DNA of 64,000 bases from Methanothrix sp. (GTDB lineage: Archaea; Halobacteriota; Methanosarcinia; Methanotrichales; Methanotrichaceae): NCBI GenBank assembly GCA_040770465.1, contig JAXGJB010000001.1, forward strand, positions 1 through 64,000. The letters are read 5' to 3'. The translations under genes were made by a program, and so were the position numbers. This document shows, piece after piece, positions 48,628 through 58,932 of this stretch; positions within the stretch are counted from its first letter, which is position 1, and every line of letters starts with the position of its first letter. The notes under the pieces were generated by a model. The model was not told where the DNA came from, did no database searches, and saw nothing but the letters and a program-made list of their open reading frames with translations.

Positions 48628-49215
48628 ATGCGAAGCTTCGTAGTGGTGGGAAACCTCGCGACCACATCCCCAGACTTCTCCCTCGAGGACATACCCGGCA
48701 CCTCAGGAAGGATCGACATCCTCTGCAGGTGCATCAACTCCGCCTTCGTCCTCTCCCACGGGATCAGGAGGGACGTTGCGGTCTACCTAATCTTTCGCGG
48801 AGGTCCCGTCCCCAAGACGGTCCACCTCCGGGGCAGCGATCTCCGCCACCTCAACCCCGACGAGAGGACGACGGCGGCCCTGCTGAAGAAGGCCCTCGCC
48901 CTGGAGGCGGACTCCAATTGGACGAAGTCGACGCCGGGGATCTTCGTCCGGGCGGGGGACCTCGCGGACCTCGAGATCTATGAAGAGGGGAATACCTACT
49001 ATTTGAGAGAGGACGGATCCGACCATCGAGGCATGAGCTGGCCTGAGGACGGAACCTTCATCCTTGGAGACCATCTGGGCCTATCGGAGGAGGACGAGGC
49101 CTTCATCGCGGGGCTCGGGGCGGAGGTCGTCTCCGTAGGTCCGAAGAGCCTGCACGCAGACCACTGTATAGTGCTGATAAATAACGAGCTTGATAGAAGA
49201 GACGCATCAACATGA
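48628..49215 (+). CDS. trmY: tRNA (pseudouridine54-N1)-methyltransferase
   Basis: [43 protein letters not shown]; adjacent to pus10. Confidence 0.93.
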   Translation: MRSFVVVGNLATTSPDFSLEDIPGTSGRIDILCRCINSAFVLSHGIRRDVAVYLIFRGGPVPKTVHLRGSDLRHLNPDERTTAALLKKALALEADSNWTKSTPGIFVRAGDLADLEIYEEGNTYYLREDGSDHRGMSWPEDGTFILGDHLGLSEEDEAFIAGLGAEVVSVGPKSLHADHCIVLINNELDRRDAST

Positions 49216-50582
49216 TCACCGATGATATTGAAAATGACGAAATGAAGAACGGCGTCGCCAACCTATCAGAGGTCGCGAGGAGAATCCTCCTCCTCGGCCC
49301 CATATGCGACAGCTGTCTTGGGCGGCAGTTCGCGATGCTCTCGACGGGTTTGACGAACGCTGAAAGGGGGGGCGCCATCAAGACCTTCCTCTCCATGGCC
49401 GGGTCTCTGGACGAATCGGGCCGCGAGATTCTGGAGGAGCTTGCTTTAAGCTCCAGGAACGCGAGGCTGAAGCTGGGCCTCGAGGATGAGCAGGAGCGGT
49501 GCTGGGTCTGTCTCGGAGAGATGGAGCCGGAGAGGCTGGACCGATGGGCCGAGCTCGCGGAGAGGGAGCTTCGCCACATCGAGCACGATACCTTCCTCGT
49601 CGGGACGAAGATGAGCGGCCTTCTCGCCGAGAACGAGGAGCTGGTCCTGGCGGACGGCGGATCTCTTCATGCTGAGCCGATGAAGTCGGAGCTGAACCGC
49701 GAGGTGGGAAAGAGGATCGCTGAGAGGACGAAGAAGAGCACAAGCTTCGGCTCTCCGGACGTCCTGGTGGTTCTGAACCTGGTGGATGGGGAGGTGATTG
49801 TCCAGGTCTCATCCCTCTACATCCTGGGCAGGTACCGAAAGCTGGTCCGGGGATTTCCCCAGACCAGGTGGCCCTGCCGCGAATGCAGAGGGAGCGGTTG
49901 CGAAGCTTGTGGCTTCACCGGCAAAAGGTACCCCGAGTCGGTGGACGAGCTGATCCGAGACCCCATCATCGAGGCCGCCAGGTGCGAGGACACCGTATTC
50001 CACGGCTCGGGAAGAGAGGACATCGACGCCCGGATGCTGGGGACGGGCAGGCCCTTCGTGGTGGAGGCGGTCTCCCCCCGGATCAGGACCCTGGACCTCG
50101 TCCGCCTCAAAGAGGAGATCAACCGTCGCGCAGCGGGTAAAGTGGAAGTCAGCGACCTCGAATTCACCGAGAAGGCGACTGTCGAGCACCTCAAGACCGC
50201 CCTATTCAATAAGAGCTACTCGATGCTGGTGGAATTCGCTGAAGATGTACCAGAAGAAAAGCTTAAATCAGTTCTGGACAAACTGGTCGGCCTGGTTGAA
50301 CAGCGCACGCCAACCCGAGTATCTCACCGGAGGGCCGACAAGGTCCGAAAGAGGGAGGTACTCGACCTCCGGCTCGACCAGCTCGCCGGAAAGACCGCCA
50401 GGATGACCCTCAGAGGGACGAGCGGCCTTTACGTAAAGGAGCTGGTATCCGGAGACGACGGCCGAACCGAGCCGAGCCTCGCGGGGCTTCTCGGAACCGC
50501 TGCGCGGGTGGCGGAGCTGGACGTAATAAACGTAGGTGGAGAGGCAGATGCCCAAGTCACACGGAGTACGAAAACGGACTAG
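49212..50582 (+). CDS. pus10: tRNA pseudouridine(54/55) synthase Pus10
   Basis: [49 protein letters not shown]. Confidence 0.95.
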   Translation: MITDDIENDEMKNGVANLSEVARRILLLGPICDSCLGRQFAMLSTGLTNAERGGAIKTFLSMAGSLDESGREILEELALSSRNARLKLGLEDEQERCWVCLGEMEPERLDRWAELAERELRHIEHDTFLVGTKMSGLLAENEELVLADGGSLHAEPMKSELNREVGKRIAERTKKSTSFGSPDVLVVLNLVDGEVIVQVSSLYILGRYRKLVRGFPQTRWPCRECRGSGCEACGFTGKRYPESVDELIRDPIIEAARCEDTVFHGSGREDIDARMLGTGRPFVVEAVSPRIRTLDLVRLKEEINRRAAGKVEVSDLEFTEKATVEHLKTALFNKSYSMLVEFAEDVPEEKLKSVLDKLVGLVEQRTPTRVSHRRADKVRKREVLDLRLDQLAGKTARMTLRGTSGLYVKELVSGDDGRTEPSLAGLLGTAARVAELDVINVGGEADAQVTRSTKTD

Positions 50583-50838
50583 AGACAGGCTGAGCAAATC
50601 GGTCAGAGCGCGGGGGATCTCCCCCGTAAGCAGGGCGATCCAGGACTTCGACGACGGCGATATGGTCCACATCGTTCTGGACCCAAGCATTCACAGGGGA
50701 ATGCCCAACCCCAAGTTCCACGGAAAGACCGGCAAAGTATTGGGCCGGAGGGGCAGGGCTTATGTGCTGGAAGTCAGCGATGGTAACGCCAAAAAGACGG
50801 TAATATCCCTGCCGGAACATCTGAAACCCCAGAATTGA
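50548..50838 (+). CDS. rpl21e: 50S ribosomal protein L21e
   Basis: [29 protein letters not shown]. Confidence 0.96.
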   Translation: MPKSHGVRKRTRDRLSKSVRARGISPVSRAIQDFDDGDMVHIVLDPSIHRGMPNPKFHGKTGKVLGRRGRAYVLEVSDGNAKKTVISLPEHLKPQN

Positions 50839-50839
50839 G

Positions 50840-51187
50840 ATGATAGTCAAAAAAATTTTGAGCGAGGATCTTATGACCCTCGCCGAGGTGAAGGAGGCTC
50901 TGGAGGAGATCAGGCTCAGAAGGGCTGAAGAGCCCGAAGAGCTCGGCTACGAGCTCAGAAGGGCGATAAAGCACGCAGAGATCTTCTCTCAGAGCGGAGC
51001 CGAAGAGAGCCGGAAGATCGCCAGAGAGCTGTTGGGGCTTGAGAAGATCACCCCGGAGATCGCGACCAAGATCGCAGACATCCGGCCGAAGACCAAAGAC
51101 GAGATCAGGGCTCTCTACGCCAAAGAGCGGTTCACCCTCGAAGACGAGGATCTCGAAGCGATCCTCGACGTAGTGGTGAGAGGATAA
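50840..51187 (+). CDS. rpoF: RNA polymerase subunit F (Rpo4)
   Basis: TLAEVKE, LGYELRRA, KIADIRP...EIR; conserved synteny. Confidence 0.93.
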   Translation: MIVKKILSEDLMTLAEVKEALEEIRLRRAEEPEELGYELRRAIKHAEIFSQSGAEESRKIARELLGLEKITPEIATKIADIRPKTKDEIRALYAKERFTLEDEDLEAILDVVVRG

Positions 51188-51209
51188 ACATCCGATTGAG
51201 AGGATAAGC

Positions 51210-51794
51210 ATGACCTCGGGCAGATCTCCACGGCGCGAAGAGATAGCTTGGGTTCTCGACTACCTCCCCTACGGCCACGTCTCGGACTCGATGGGCAGGT
51301 TCCAGAAGAGGCCCATCGTCCAGGGGGTGGGAGAAAGGGACTTTGTGCTGATGGAGATGACCCCCAAAGAGGGCGCTGTCCCGGAGATCGGCGTCAGGGT
51401 CGTGCTGGTTGGAAAAGACCGGCCGGTCATAGATCGGGTCAACCGCAGGATCGGCTACGAGGAGCTATCCCAGGGGGCTCGAGTCGAGCTTCCTTACGCT
51501 CTGCAGAAGATCGTCCTGGGGAAGGAGACGTTTTACCTCCGGTTCTTCAACGAGGCGGGACCCCTGACCACCAGGATGCACGCCCTGGAGCTGCTCCCCG
51601 GCATCGGCAAAAAGCTGATGTGGGCGGTCCTCAACGAGCGGAAGAAGGGCCCCTTCAAGAGCTTTGAAGACCTCTCGGAGCGGGTGAAGGGGATCTACAA
51701 CCCCGAGAAGCTTCTGGCTAAAAGGATCGAGGACGAGATCGCCGACGACCGGATCAAGTACCGGATCTTCACCGCAGACCCGCGCCGACGATGA
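51210..51794 (+). CDS. DUF655 family putative RNA-binding protein
   Basis: VLDYLPYG, FFNEAGPLTTRMHALELLPGIGKK; synteny between rpoF and rsmA. Confidence 0.92.
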   Translation: MTSGRSPRREEIAWVLDYLPYGHVSDSMGRFQKRPIVQGVGERDFVLMEMTPKEGAVPEIGVRVVLVGKDRPVIDRVNRRIGYEELSQGARVELPYALQKIVLGKETFYLRFFNEAGPLTTRMHALELLPGIGKKLMWAVLNERKKGPFKSFEDLSERVKGIYNPEKLLAKRIEDEIADDRIKYRIFTADPRRR

Positions 51795-51852
51795 GAAGAA
51801 TGGGGTTGACCACGCCAGAAGGCCCCGAACTTTTGATACCCGATTTTTCGAG

Positions 51853-52605
51853 GTGGCCACAGCTGTGAAGAAGCTTGGTCAGCATTTTCTCGTCGACCGG
51901 AGGGTTCTTTCAAGGATAGGCGATTACGCCTCCCTCGACCTGGGGGACAGGGTGCTGGAGATCGGGCCTGGGACCGGAAACCTCACCGAGGTTCTATCGG
52001 CCCGGGCGGGAACCGTCTTCGCCATCGAGGTCGACCCCTCCCTGGCGGCATCCCTGGAAGGGCGATTCGATAACGTCGTCGTCTTGAGAGGCGACGCTCT
52101 GCGGGTATCCCTTCCCGGCTACAACAAGATCGTGTCGAACCTCCCCTACCAGATCTCCTCCAAGATCACCTTCAGGCTTCTGGAGAGGCCTTTCGATCTC
52201 GCCGTCTTGATGTACCAGAGGGAGTTTGCCGAGAGGATGGTGGCAAAGCCTGGGACAAAGGAGTACGGCAGGCTCACCCTCAACGTCTCCCTCCGGGCCG
52301 AGGCCGAGATCCTGGAACGGGTGGCTCGGGGCGCATTTCGGCCGATGCCGCAGGTCGAGTCGGCTATAGTCCGCCTCCGCCCTCGCGAAGAGCGGATCGC
52401 CGTCGACGAGAGGATCTTCGACGATCTGACCCGGACCATCTTCTCCATGAGGAGAAAGAAGGTGAAGAGATCCCTCGCCGCCATGAAGGTATCATCCGAG
52501 GCCCTCTCGCGGATCGATCCCGACCTTCTGGAGAAGAGGCCTCAGGAACTCTCTCTGGAGGAGGTCGTCGATATGGCGGAAGCGATCTCGGCAAGTGAAC
52601 TCTGA
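51853..52605 (+). CDS. rsmA: 16S rRNA dimethyladenosine transferase
   Basis: LGQHFL, LEIGPGTG, VSNLPYQIS, QREFAERM, YGRL. Confidence 0.95.
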   Translation: MATAVKKLGQHFLVDRRVLSRIGDYASLDLGDRVLEIGPGTGNLTEVLSARAGTVFAIEVDPSLAASLEGRFDNVVVLRGDALRVSLPGYNKIVSNLPYQISSKITFRLLERPFDLAVLMYQREFAERMVAKPGTKEYGRLTLNVSLRAEAEILERVARGAFRPMPQVESAIVRLRPREERIAVDERIFDDLTRTIFSMRRKKVKRSLAAMKVSSEALSRIDPDLLEKRPQELSLEEVVDMAEAISASEL

Positions 52606-52667
52606 AGGTATCCGCCGTTGGGCAAGGGCCTCGAATTTTTATACTCAGCTGCCATCTTTAACCTCCG

Positions 52668-53933
52668 ATGATAGCATCTGTTGAGCGTTCGCAGGTATCG
52701 GGCGCGATCTCTGTCCCGCCCTCCAAGAGCTACACCCATCGGGCGATCGCCATCAGCGCCCTGGGGCCCGGCGGCTCGGTGAAACGGCCGCTCTTATCCG
52801 CCGACACCAGGGCCACCATCAACGCCTCCGAGGCCTTCGGGGCCCAGATTGAAGGGCAGGAGGAGGAGCTGGCGGTGATCGGGGTCGGTGGAAGGCCGAC
52901 GACCCCCGAGAACGTGATCGACGTCGAAAACTCGGGAACCACGCTGCGGATCATGGCCGCGGTGGCGGCCCTCACCGAAGGCGCGGTCCTCACCGGGGAC
53001 GCCTCCATCCGGCGAAGGCCCAACGGCCCCCTCCTAAACTCCCTTCGCGACCTGGGGGCTGATGCCTTCTCCATAAGGAAGAACGACTGCGCACCCCTGG
53101 TGGTCCGGGGGAGGATTCGCGGCGGAAGGACCGTCCTCGACGGGAGCGTCAGCTCCCAGTTCCTCTCGGCCCTCCTCATATCATGCCCTCTTGCCGATGG
53201 AAATTCCGAGATCGAGATAAAAGGCGATCTCAAGAGCCGTCCCTACGCCGAGATCACCCTGGAGATGCTGGAGGATGCCGGGGCGAAGATAGAGACCGAT
53301 TTTCGCAGGTTCTTCGTCGAGGGCGGCCAGAGCTACGACCTGGACGGCTACACCGTCCCCGGCGACTTCTCCTCCGCCTCTTACCTTCTCGCGGCGGCGG
53401 CGGTGACCGGCTCCCGCCTCACCGTCCGTGGGCTCTTCCCCTCGAAGCAGGGGGACTCGGCGATCGTCTCCATCCTCCAGGATATGGGGGCGAAGATCTC
53501 CTGGGACCGGGAAGATGGCAACCTCGAGATCGAAGGGGGCGACCTCGAAGGGGTCGAGGTGGACGCGAGCCTCACCCCCGACCTCGTCCCCACCATAGCG
53601 GTCCTGGGAGCCGTTGCAAAAGGAAGGACCGTCGTCAAGAACGCGGAACACGTCCGCCACAAGGAGACCGACCGGCTCCGTGCCATGGCAGTCGAGCTCT
53701 CCAAGATGGGGGCGAATATAGAGGAGAGGCCCGACGGGCTGGTGATAGAGGGCGGAAAGCTTGAAGGCGCGAGGGTGAGCGGTCATCACGATCACAGGAT
53801 CGTCATGGCCCTGACGGTGGCGGGGCTTGTCGCCGGAGATACCAGAATAGATACCGCAGAGTCCGTCTCCATATCCTACCCGGGCTTCTTCGAGGAGATG
53901 GCAAAGATCGGCTGTCGCGTGGAGGTACGCTGA
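52668..53933 (+). CDS. aroA: 3-phosphoshikimate 1-carboxyvinyltransferase
   Basis: PPSKSYTHR, NSGTT, SSQF, GDFSS, KETDR, DHRIVM. Confidence 0.96.
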   Translation: MIASVERSQVSGAISVPPSKSYTHRAIAISALGPGGSVKRPLLSADTRATINASEAFGAQIEGQEEELAVIGVGGRPTTPENVIDVENSGTTLRIMAAVAALTEGAVLTGDASIRRRPNGPLLNSLRDLGADAFSIRKNDCAPLVVRGRIRGGRTVLDGSVSSQFLSALLISCPLADGNSEIEIKGDLKSRPYAEITLEMLEDAGAKIETDFRRFFVEGGQSYDLDGYTVPGDFSSASYLLAAAAVTGSRLTVRGLFPSKQGDSAIVSILQDMGAKISWDREDGNLEIEGGDLEGVEVDASLTPDLVPTIAVLGAVAKGRTVVKNAEHVRHKETDRLRAMAVELSKMGANIEERPDGLVIEGGKLEGARVSGHHDHRIVMALTVAGLVAGDTRIDTAESVSISYPGFFEEMAKIGCRVEVR

Positions 53934-54030
53934 GGGCGGGCTTGAACGCCGCCCCTCGCCCTCACCCCCTCCATAAGTCTTATGTACCAGTAGCGAATCT
54001 CACGCTTGGATTACCGTTTGCGATTGAATT

Positions 54031-54132
54031 CGCCCCATCGGCTCAGGCCGATGCACGGGCGGCGTCGGACTATGATCCGGGGCTGCTCCAGAGGGGCTAG
54101 AGAAAGCTCGAAGCCCTCAGATTTCTGGAGGA
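54031..54132 (+). promoter_or_regulatory. Structured 5' leader of the rps13 operon
   Basis: Three consecutive hairpins; the last pairs CTCCAGA (54086-92) with TCTGGAG (54124-30), covering the SD. Confidence 0.5.
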
Positions 54133-54137
54133 ATAAT

Positions 54138-54593
54138 TTGCCAGAAGAGAATGAAGAGCTGAAACATATAGTGCGCATCCTGAACACCGACCTCAACGGT
54201 CACAAGCCCGTTCAGATGGCGCTCACCGGCATCAAGGGGATGGGCAGGCGGAACGCCCGGCTGCTCACCCAGAAGGCAGAGATCGAGCCCACCGAGACCC
54301 TCGGCATGCTCTCGGACGAGGCGATATCCAGGCTCCGAGATATCGTCGAGTCGGCCCAGGACCACCTCCCCGTCTGGATGAAGAACAGGAGGAAGGACCT
54401 CCTCACCGGCGAGGACAGGCACGTCATGGGAACCGATCTCGTCCTCACCCAGAGGGAAGAGATGGACATCATCAGAAAGACCCGTAGCTACAGGGGGATC
54501 AGGCACGAGCGCGGCCTCCGTGTCCGGGGCCAGAAGACCAGATCCACCGGTCGAAGGGGAGCTACTGTGGGCGTCAGCAGGAAGAAGAAGTGA
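54138..54593 (+). CDS. rps13: 30S ribosomal protein S13
   Basis: TTG 54138 after GGAGGA; HIVRILNTDL, ALTGIKG, WMKNRRKD, YRGIRH, VRGQKT. Confidence 0.96.
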   Translation: MPEENEELKHIVRILNTDLNGHKPVQMALTGIKGMGRRNARLLTQKAEIEPTETLGMLSDEAISRLRDIVESAQDHLPVWMKNRRKDLLTGEDRHVMGTDLVLTQREEMDIIRKTRSYRGIRHERGLRVRGQKTRSTGRRGATVGVSRKKK

Positions 54594-54608
54594 GCGAGGC
54601 GGGCTTTT

Positions 54609-55151
54609 ATGGGATATCCTGGTAAGTGTAGGAAGATTTACGATACTCCGCGCCACCCCTGGGAAGCCGATCGGATGGCTCAGGAGGTGGAGCTGGTCAA
54701 GGGTTACGGGCTCCGCAACAAGAGAGAGGTCTGGAAGGCCCAGAGCCTCATCAGAAAGTACAGGCGCGTAAGCCGTCAGCTTCTGGCAGCCACAACCCGC
54801 GGTGAGGCGGAGCTTGAGGCTCAGGCAGAGGACGTGCTGGAGCACCTCAAAAAGTTCGGGATGCTCAAGGAAGATGGAGATCTCGACGCCGTCCTGTCCA
54901 TAAAGGTGGAAGACCTTCTCGAACGGAGGCTTCAGACTCAGGTCTACCGTCAGGGGCTCGCCAAGTCCCTCAGGCAGGCCCGACAGTTCATAACTCACGG
55001 TCACATTCAGATCACGGGAAGGAAAGTTACAGTTCCCGGATATTACGTCAGGCGTGGCGAAGAGATGACCATCGATTACTACCCTGGTTCGCCCATGGCT
55101 CAGGAGGCCCATCCTGAGAGGGCCACCAGAATACCCAAGGTGGAAGGATAA
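54609..55151 (+). CDS. rps4: 30S ribosomal protein S4
   Basis: [32 protein letters not shown]. Confidence 0.97.
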   Translation: MGYPGKCRKIYDTPRHPWEADRMAQEVELVKGYGLRNKREVWKAQSLIRKYRRVSRQLLAATTRGEAELEAQAEDVLEHLKKFGMLKEDGDLDAVLSIKVEDLLERRLQTQVYRQGLAKSLRQARQFITHGHIQITGRKVTVPGYYVRRGEEMTIDYYPGSPMAQEAHPERATRIPKVEG

Positions 55152-55153
55152 AC

Positions 55154-55543
55154 ATGGCAGAAGGAAAATGGGGCGTGGCCCACATATACGCCTCCTTCAA
55201 CAACACGATCATCACCATAACCGACCTCACCGGCGCGGAGACGATCGCCAAGGTATCGGGCGGAATGGTGGTCAAGGCCGCAAGGGACGAGAGTTCGCCC
55301 TATACGGCCATGCAGATGGCGGGCCAGATCGCCGAGCAGGCCATGACCAACGGGATCATAGGAGTCCACGTCAAGGTCAGGGCTCCCGGCGGGAACCGTC
55401 AGAGGTCTCCAGGGCCCGGTGCTCAGGCTGCGATCAGGGCTCTTGCGAGAGCCGGGCTGAAGATCGGCAGGATCGAGGACGTGACCCCGATTCCCCACGA
55501 CGGCACCAAACCCTCCGGAGGTCGGAGGGGCAGACGGGTGTGA
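55154..55543 (+). CDS. rps11: 30S ribosomal protein S11
   Basis: [37 protein letters not shown]. Confidence 0.97.
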   Translation: MAEGKWGVAHIYASFNNTIITITDLTGAETIAKVSGGMVVKAARDESSPYTAMQMAGQIAEQAMTNGIIGVHVKVRAPGGNRQRSPGPGAQAAIRALARAGLKIGRIEDVTPIPHDGTKPSGGRRGRRV

Positions 55544-55546
55544 GCT

Positions 55547-56344
55547 TTGCAGTTGGAACTGATAGAGCTGAGAGAGGGCCGGGCGAGGTTCCTCCTGAAG
55601 GGCGTGAAGCCAGCCTTCGCCAACGCCATAAGAAGGGCGTGCCTTGCGGAGGTACCGTCCCTCGCCATCGATGAGATAAGTATTTATGACAATACATCGG
55701 TCCTCTTCGACGAGCAGCTCTCTCTGAGGCTTGGGCTGGTTCCGATCAAGGCCGACGACCTCAGCATCTTCAGAGTCCCTGAAGAGTGTGAATGCGAAGG
55801 TGCGGGCTGTCCTGCCTGCCAGGTGGGGATGACCCTCTCGGCCGAGGGTCCATGCACCGTTCACTCCGGAGATCTGAGGTTCTCGGATCCCGGAGTCGAT
55901 GTCGTATTCGAGAATATCCCGATCGCGATCCTGGGCGAAGGCGAAAAGCTGATGCTGGAAGGGATTGTAACCCTCAACCGAGGGACGGTCCACGCCAAGT
56001 GGCAGGCCGGAACCCAGTGCGGCTACAAGAACCTGCCGGAGATCCGGATCAGCGATTCGTGTGAAGGCTGCGGAAAGTGCGTCGATGTCTGTCCGCGAAA
56101 GATCCTCGTGATCGAAGAGGGAGGAAAGCTGAAGGTCACCGACCCCGTCAGCTGCTCCATCTGCAAGCTCTGCGTCGTCGAGTGTGAGATCGGAGCGATC
56201 GAGGTCGTCCCGATCGAGGACGTCTTCGTGATGAAGATAGACACCGATGGATCGATGCCTGCAAAGGACCTGGTGTCCGGTGCTGCAGGCGAGATCAAGA
56301 GGCGCGCGTCGCTCCTCAGCCAGCAGTTGAGCGAGCTGGCGTAA
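55547..56344 (+). CDS. rpoD: RNA polymerase subunit D (Rpo3) with ferredoxin-like Fe-S domain
   Basis: FANAIRR, NTSVLFDE, RLGLVP, HAKW; CEGCGKCVDVCP and CSICKLC clusters. Confidence 0.95.
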   Translation: MQLELIELREGRARFLLKGVKPAFANAIRRACLAEVPSLAIDEISIYDNTSVLFDEQLSLRLGLVPIKADDLSIFRVPEECECEGAGCPACQVGMTLSAEGPCTVHSGDLRFSDPGVDVVFENIPIAILGEGEKLMLEGIVTLNRGTVHAKWQAGTQCGYKNLPEIRISDSCEGCGKCVDVCPRKILVIEEGGKLKVTDPVSCSICKLCVVECEIGAIEVVPIEDVFVMKIDTDGSMPAKDLVSGAAGEIKRRASLLSQQLSELA

Positions 56345-56368
56345 GGGCGCGATCCTGATAAACCCTGG

Positions 56369-56456
56369 GCGGGGGTTGCCAAGCCAGGTCAAAGGCGCAA
56401 GGTTGAGGGCCTTGTCTCGCAGGAGTTCGTGGGTTCGAATCCCATCCCCCGCACCA
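56369..56456 (+). tRNA. tRNA-Leu(GAG)
   Basis: GCGGGGG/CCCCCGC acceptor stem; CAAGG-TTGAGGG-CCTTG anticodon arm; variable arm; GGTTCGAATCC; encoded CCA. Confidence 0.96.
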
Positions 56457-56573
56457 ATTTACCTTTTCTGATCTGCGACCTTTTATTCTTCGTAGGACTA
56501 TTTGACCTCGGTGAGCACCACCAGATTTCTGGCGTCAAAACCTATTATAACCCCAAGCGCCCTGGCGGGGCTC

Positions 56574-58412
56574 ATGCGCAGAAGCTCAAGTTCTGTCCGC
56601 GATAGGAGGGAAGATGGCCTGGGCAGTGCCCGCCATCCCTGCCGCCTCAATCTTTGGACGATCGCGATTTTTATCTCCTTCTCCCTTCTCATCATCGGAT
56701 CCGCCGCCGGTGCCACCCTGACCGTAGCGCCGGGCGAGAAGATCCAGGCGGCCATCGGCGCGGCGGGAGAGGGCGACACGGTGCTGGTGGAATCGGGAGT
56801 TTACAGGGAGAACCTGGTCCTTAACCAGGGGATAGTCCTCTCGGGGATCGGACGGCCTCTGATCGACGCCGGAGGCTCCGGCTCTGCCATCACCCTCCGG
56901 TCGGAGGAAGCTGGAGTTGTGGGCTTCGAGGTCTCGGGCTCCGGGCCGGAGGAGATGGACGCCGGTATCTGGGTCCTCGCCGCCAACTGCACCATCGCGG
57001 ATAACCACATCTTTGGAAACAGCGCAGGCATCCTCCTCCAGGACGTTCGGGGAGCTGTGATAACAAACAACACCGTCGAGGGGAACGGGGTGGGGGTATA
57101 TCTTGAGACCTCCTGGGAGAACGAGATCAGCTTCAACCGGATCGTCGAGAACGATGAGGGGGTCCGCCTGATCAAAAACAACGTCTCTGAGAGCATAACG
57201 GAGTCGGACGCCGGAGGCGTATCGATCAAATATACGCCCAAAAACGCGGCCGACACGGAGACATCGGCCGTCGAGGTCAGCGATATAGGCTTCGCCGGGG
57301 CCAAGAGAGAGAACAGGATCTTCGGAAACGAGCTTCTGAATAACGGCCAGAACGCCCGCGACGACGGCGATAACCTCTGGAGCTACGGCGATACGGGAAA
57401 CCACTACGACGACTTCGATTCGATCGAGGAGGGTTGCAGAGATAGAGATAGAGACGGAGTCTGCGACTCGCTCCGGACGATCCCCGGCGGGTCCAGCGTC
57501 GACGAGCATCCCGTCGCCTCCGACGATGCGATCCTGAAGTACAGGGCAACGTCCGGCGACTTCGAGCTCTTCCTCTATCGATCGACCTTCTCCCCTGGCA
57601 CAGAGATCGACCTCGGATTCCAGGCACCCCAGAACTTCAGCGGCAGGGTGGAGCTGGTCGCATCGCCACCCCTCTCAGCCGAAGAAGGGGGAGCAGAGGC
57701 GGGATCCGCAGGGGCGGTTCCGGAAAGCCAGTCCCTGCCGAGCTCAAGCGGCACCGTCAGATTCACCGCCCCCTCAGAAGAGGGATCTTACGCTTTCAGG
57801 ATGTACGACGGCTCTGACTCCGGCCCCGAGATCGTCGCCCTCCCGTTCAATGTAGCGACTGCGGAGCTTTTCGTCTACAATACGACTGCCGGGACCTGCG
57901 ACAGGCTGAACGTCGGCTACAGCGGCGCTCCCGGATTCGAGAACGATTGGATCGGCCTCTTCAGGGTCGGCTCCGGGGACGAGAGCCCCCTCTCCCGAAA
58001 GTACCTGGATGGGACGAACAACGGGACTCTGACCTTCAACATGCCCTCCTCGGCCGGAAGCTACGAGTTCAGGATGTTCGAGGACGACGGATTAGCGAGG
58101 ATCGCTGCGAGCAGTCCTGTCGAGGTGGAGGTCTCCCAAGGGGTGAGGGTGGAGGCGTCGCCCGCGAGAGTCCGTCCCGGCGAGGCGATCACCGTCTCCT
58201 TCTGGGGGGCGAAGCCCGCCTCCGCCATCGGGATGTACGAGATGACCCGACCCGACAAGTACATGATCGGCATGCAGTGGACAAACGGGAGGACCTGTGG
58301 GACCATGACCTTCGGGGCTCCCCGAACCCCGGGCAGGTATGACTTCAGGCTCTTCGAGGACAACGTCCACAGAAAGCTGATGGGGGCGAGCAACGTCGTC
58401 ATCGTCGGATGA
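56574..58412 (+). CDS. Secreted NosD-like parallel beta-helix protein with C-terminal Ig-like repeats
   Basis: Hydrophobic signal, KIQAAIGAA, G.YREN, N..GI.L beta-helix rungs, GNHYDD..DRDGVCD; three (AP..)GSY.FRM-type domains; start uncertain (56502-56574 or later). Confidence 0.8.
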   Translation: MRRSSSSVRDRREDGLGSARHPCRLNLWTIAIFISFSLLIIGSAAGATLTVAPGEKIQAAIGAAGEGDTVLVESGVYRENLVLNQGIVLSGIGRPLIDAGGSGSAITLRSEEAGVVGFEVSGSGPEEMDAGIWVLAANCTIADNHIFGNSAGILLQDVRGAVITNNTVEGNGVGVYLETSWENEISFNRIVENDEGVRLIKNNVSESITESDAGGVSIKYTPKNAADTETSAVEVSDIGFAGAKRENRIFGNELLNNGQNARDDGDNLWSYGDTGNHYDDFDSIEEGCRDRDRDGVCDSLRTIPGGSSVDEHPVASDDAILKYRATSGDFELFLYRSTFSPGTEIDLGFQAPQNFSGRVELVASPPLSAEEGGAEAGSAGAVPESQSLPSSSGTVRFTAPSEEGSYAFRMYDGSDSGPEIVALPFNVATAELFVYNTTAGTCDRLNVGYSGAPGFENDWIGLFRVGSGDESPLSRKYLDGTNNGTLTFNMPSSAGSYEFRMFEDDGLARIAASSPVEVEVSQGVRVEASPARVRPGEAITVSFWGAKPASAIGMYEMTRPDKYMIGMQWTNGRTCGTMTFGAPRTPGRYDFRLFEDNVHRKLMGASNVVIVG

Positions 58413-58442
58413 AAGGGGAGAGAGGATGGCAGCGAAGATTTA

Positions 58443-58479
58443 GAAGGTCCGATCCGGGACCTTCCATCCTACTTTTTTT
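58443..58479 (+). terminator. Hairpin plus T-tract after the NosD-like gene
   Basis: GAAGGTCC/GGACCTTC stem followed by TTTTTTT. Confidence 0.55.
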
Positions 58480-58551
58480 CGCATTGAAGCTGATGCTTCA
58501 AGGGACTAAATGAGATTGAGATCCTTATGAAAGTCAGCTCAAAATTGTATT

Positions 58552-58629
58552 TGGTAGCGGGGAGTAGATTTGAACTACTGATCTACGGGTTATGAGCCCG
58601 TCGGGATTTCCTGACTACCCCACCCCGCT
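58552..58629 (-). tRNA. Initiator tRNA-Met(CAT)
   Basis: Minus strand AGCGGGG...ACGGG CTCATAA CCCGT...TTCAAAT...CCCCGCT A CCA; A1-U72 pair and three consecutive G-C pairs in the anticodon stem. Confidence 0.96.
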
Positions 58630-58932
58630 TCGTCGGGTTGAGAACGACAGTTCCCAAACCCGCTCCGATCATATAAAGGTTGTGCATCGCCACCATCCAT
58701 CCTTCGGCGGCAAAGGTCGCCTGATCGACGGCCGGCGGCCTTTGCGATCGTCAGATCCAAAATCCGCGCGAGGAGGCATTCTGCGGCGAGACGGGGGACG
58801 GATAAGAAGGCGCCGCTGCGCCTCCTCGGTCTTGCGGCGTCTCTTCCGTCCATCCTGGGGGAAAAGAGGAGGAGATCCGATTTTGGAGCGGCTCGGAACT
58901 TGCGTATTCGGCCGGACCCGGCCGCCTCCTTC

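Noticed and set aside
54006-54130. tRNA upstream of rps13
   Set aside because: No cloverleaf or TTCRA T-loop; treated as a structured leader instead.
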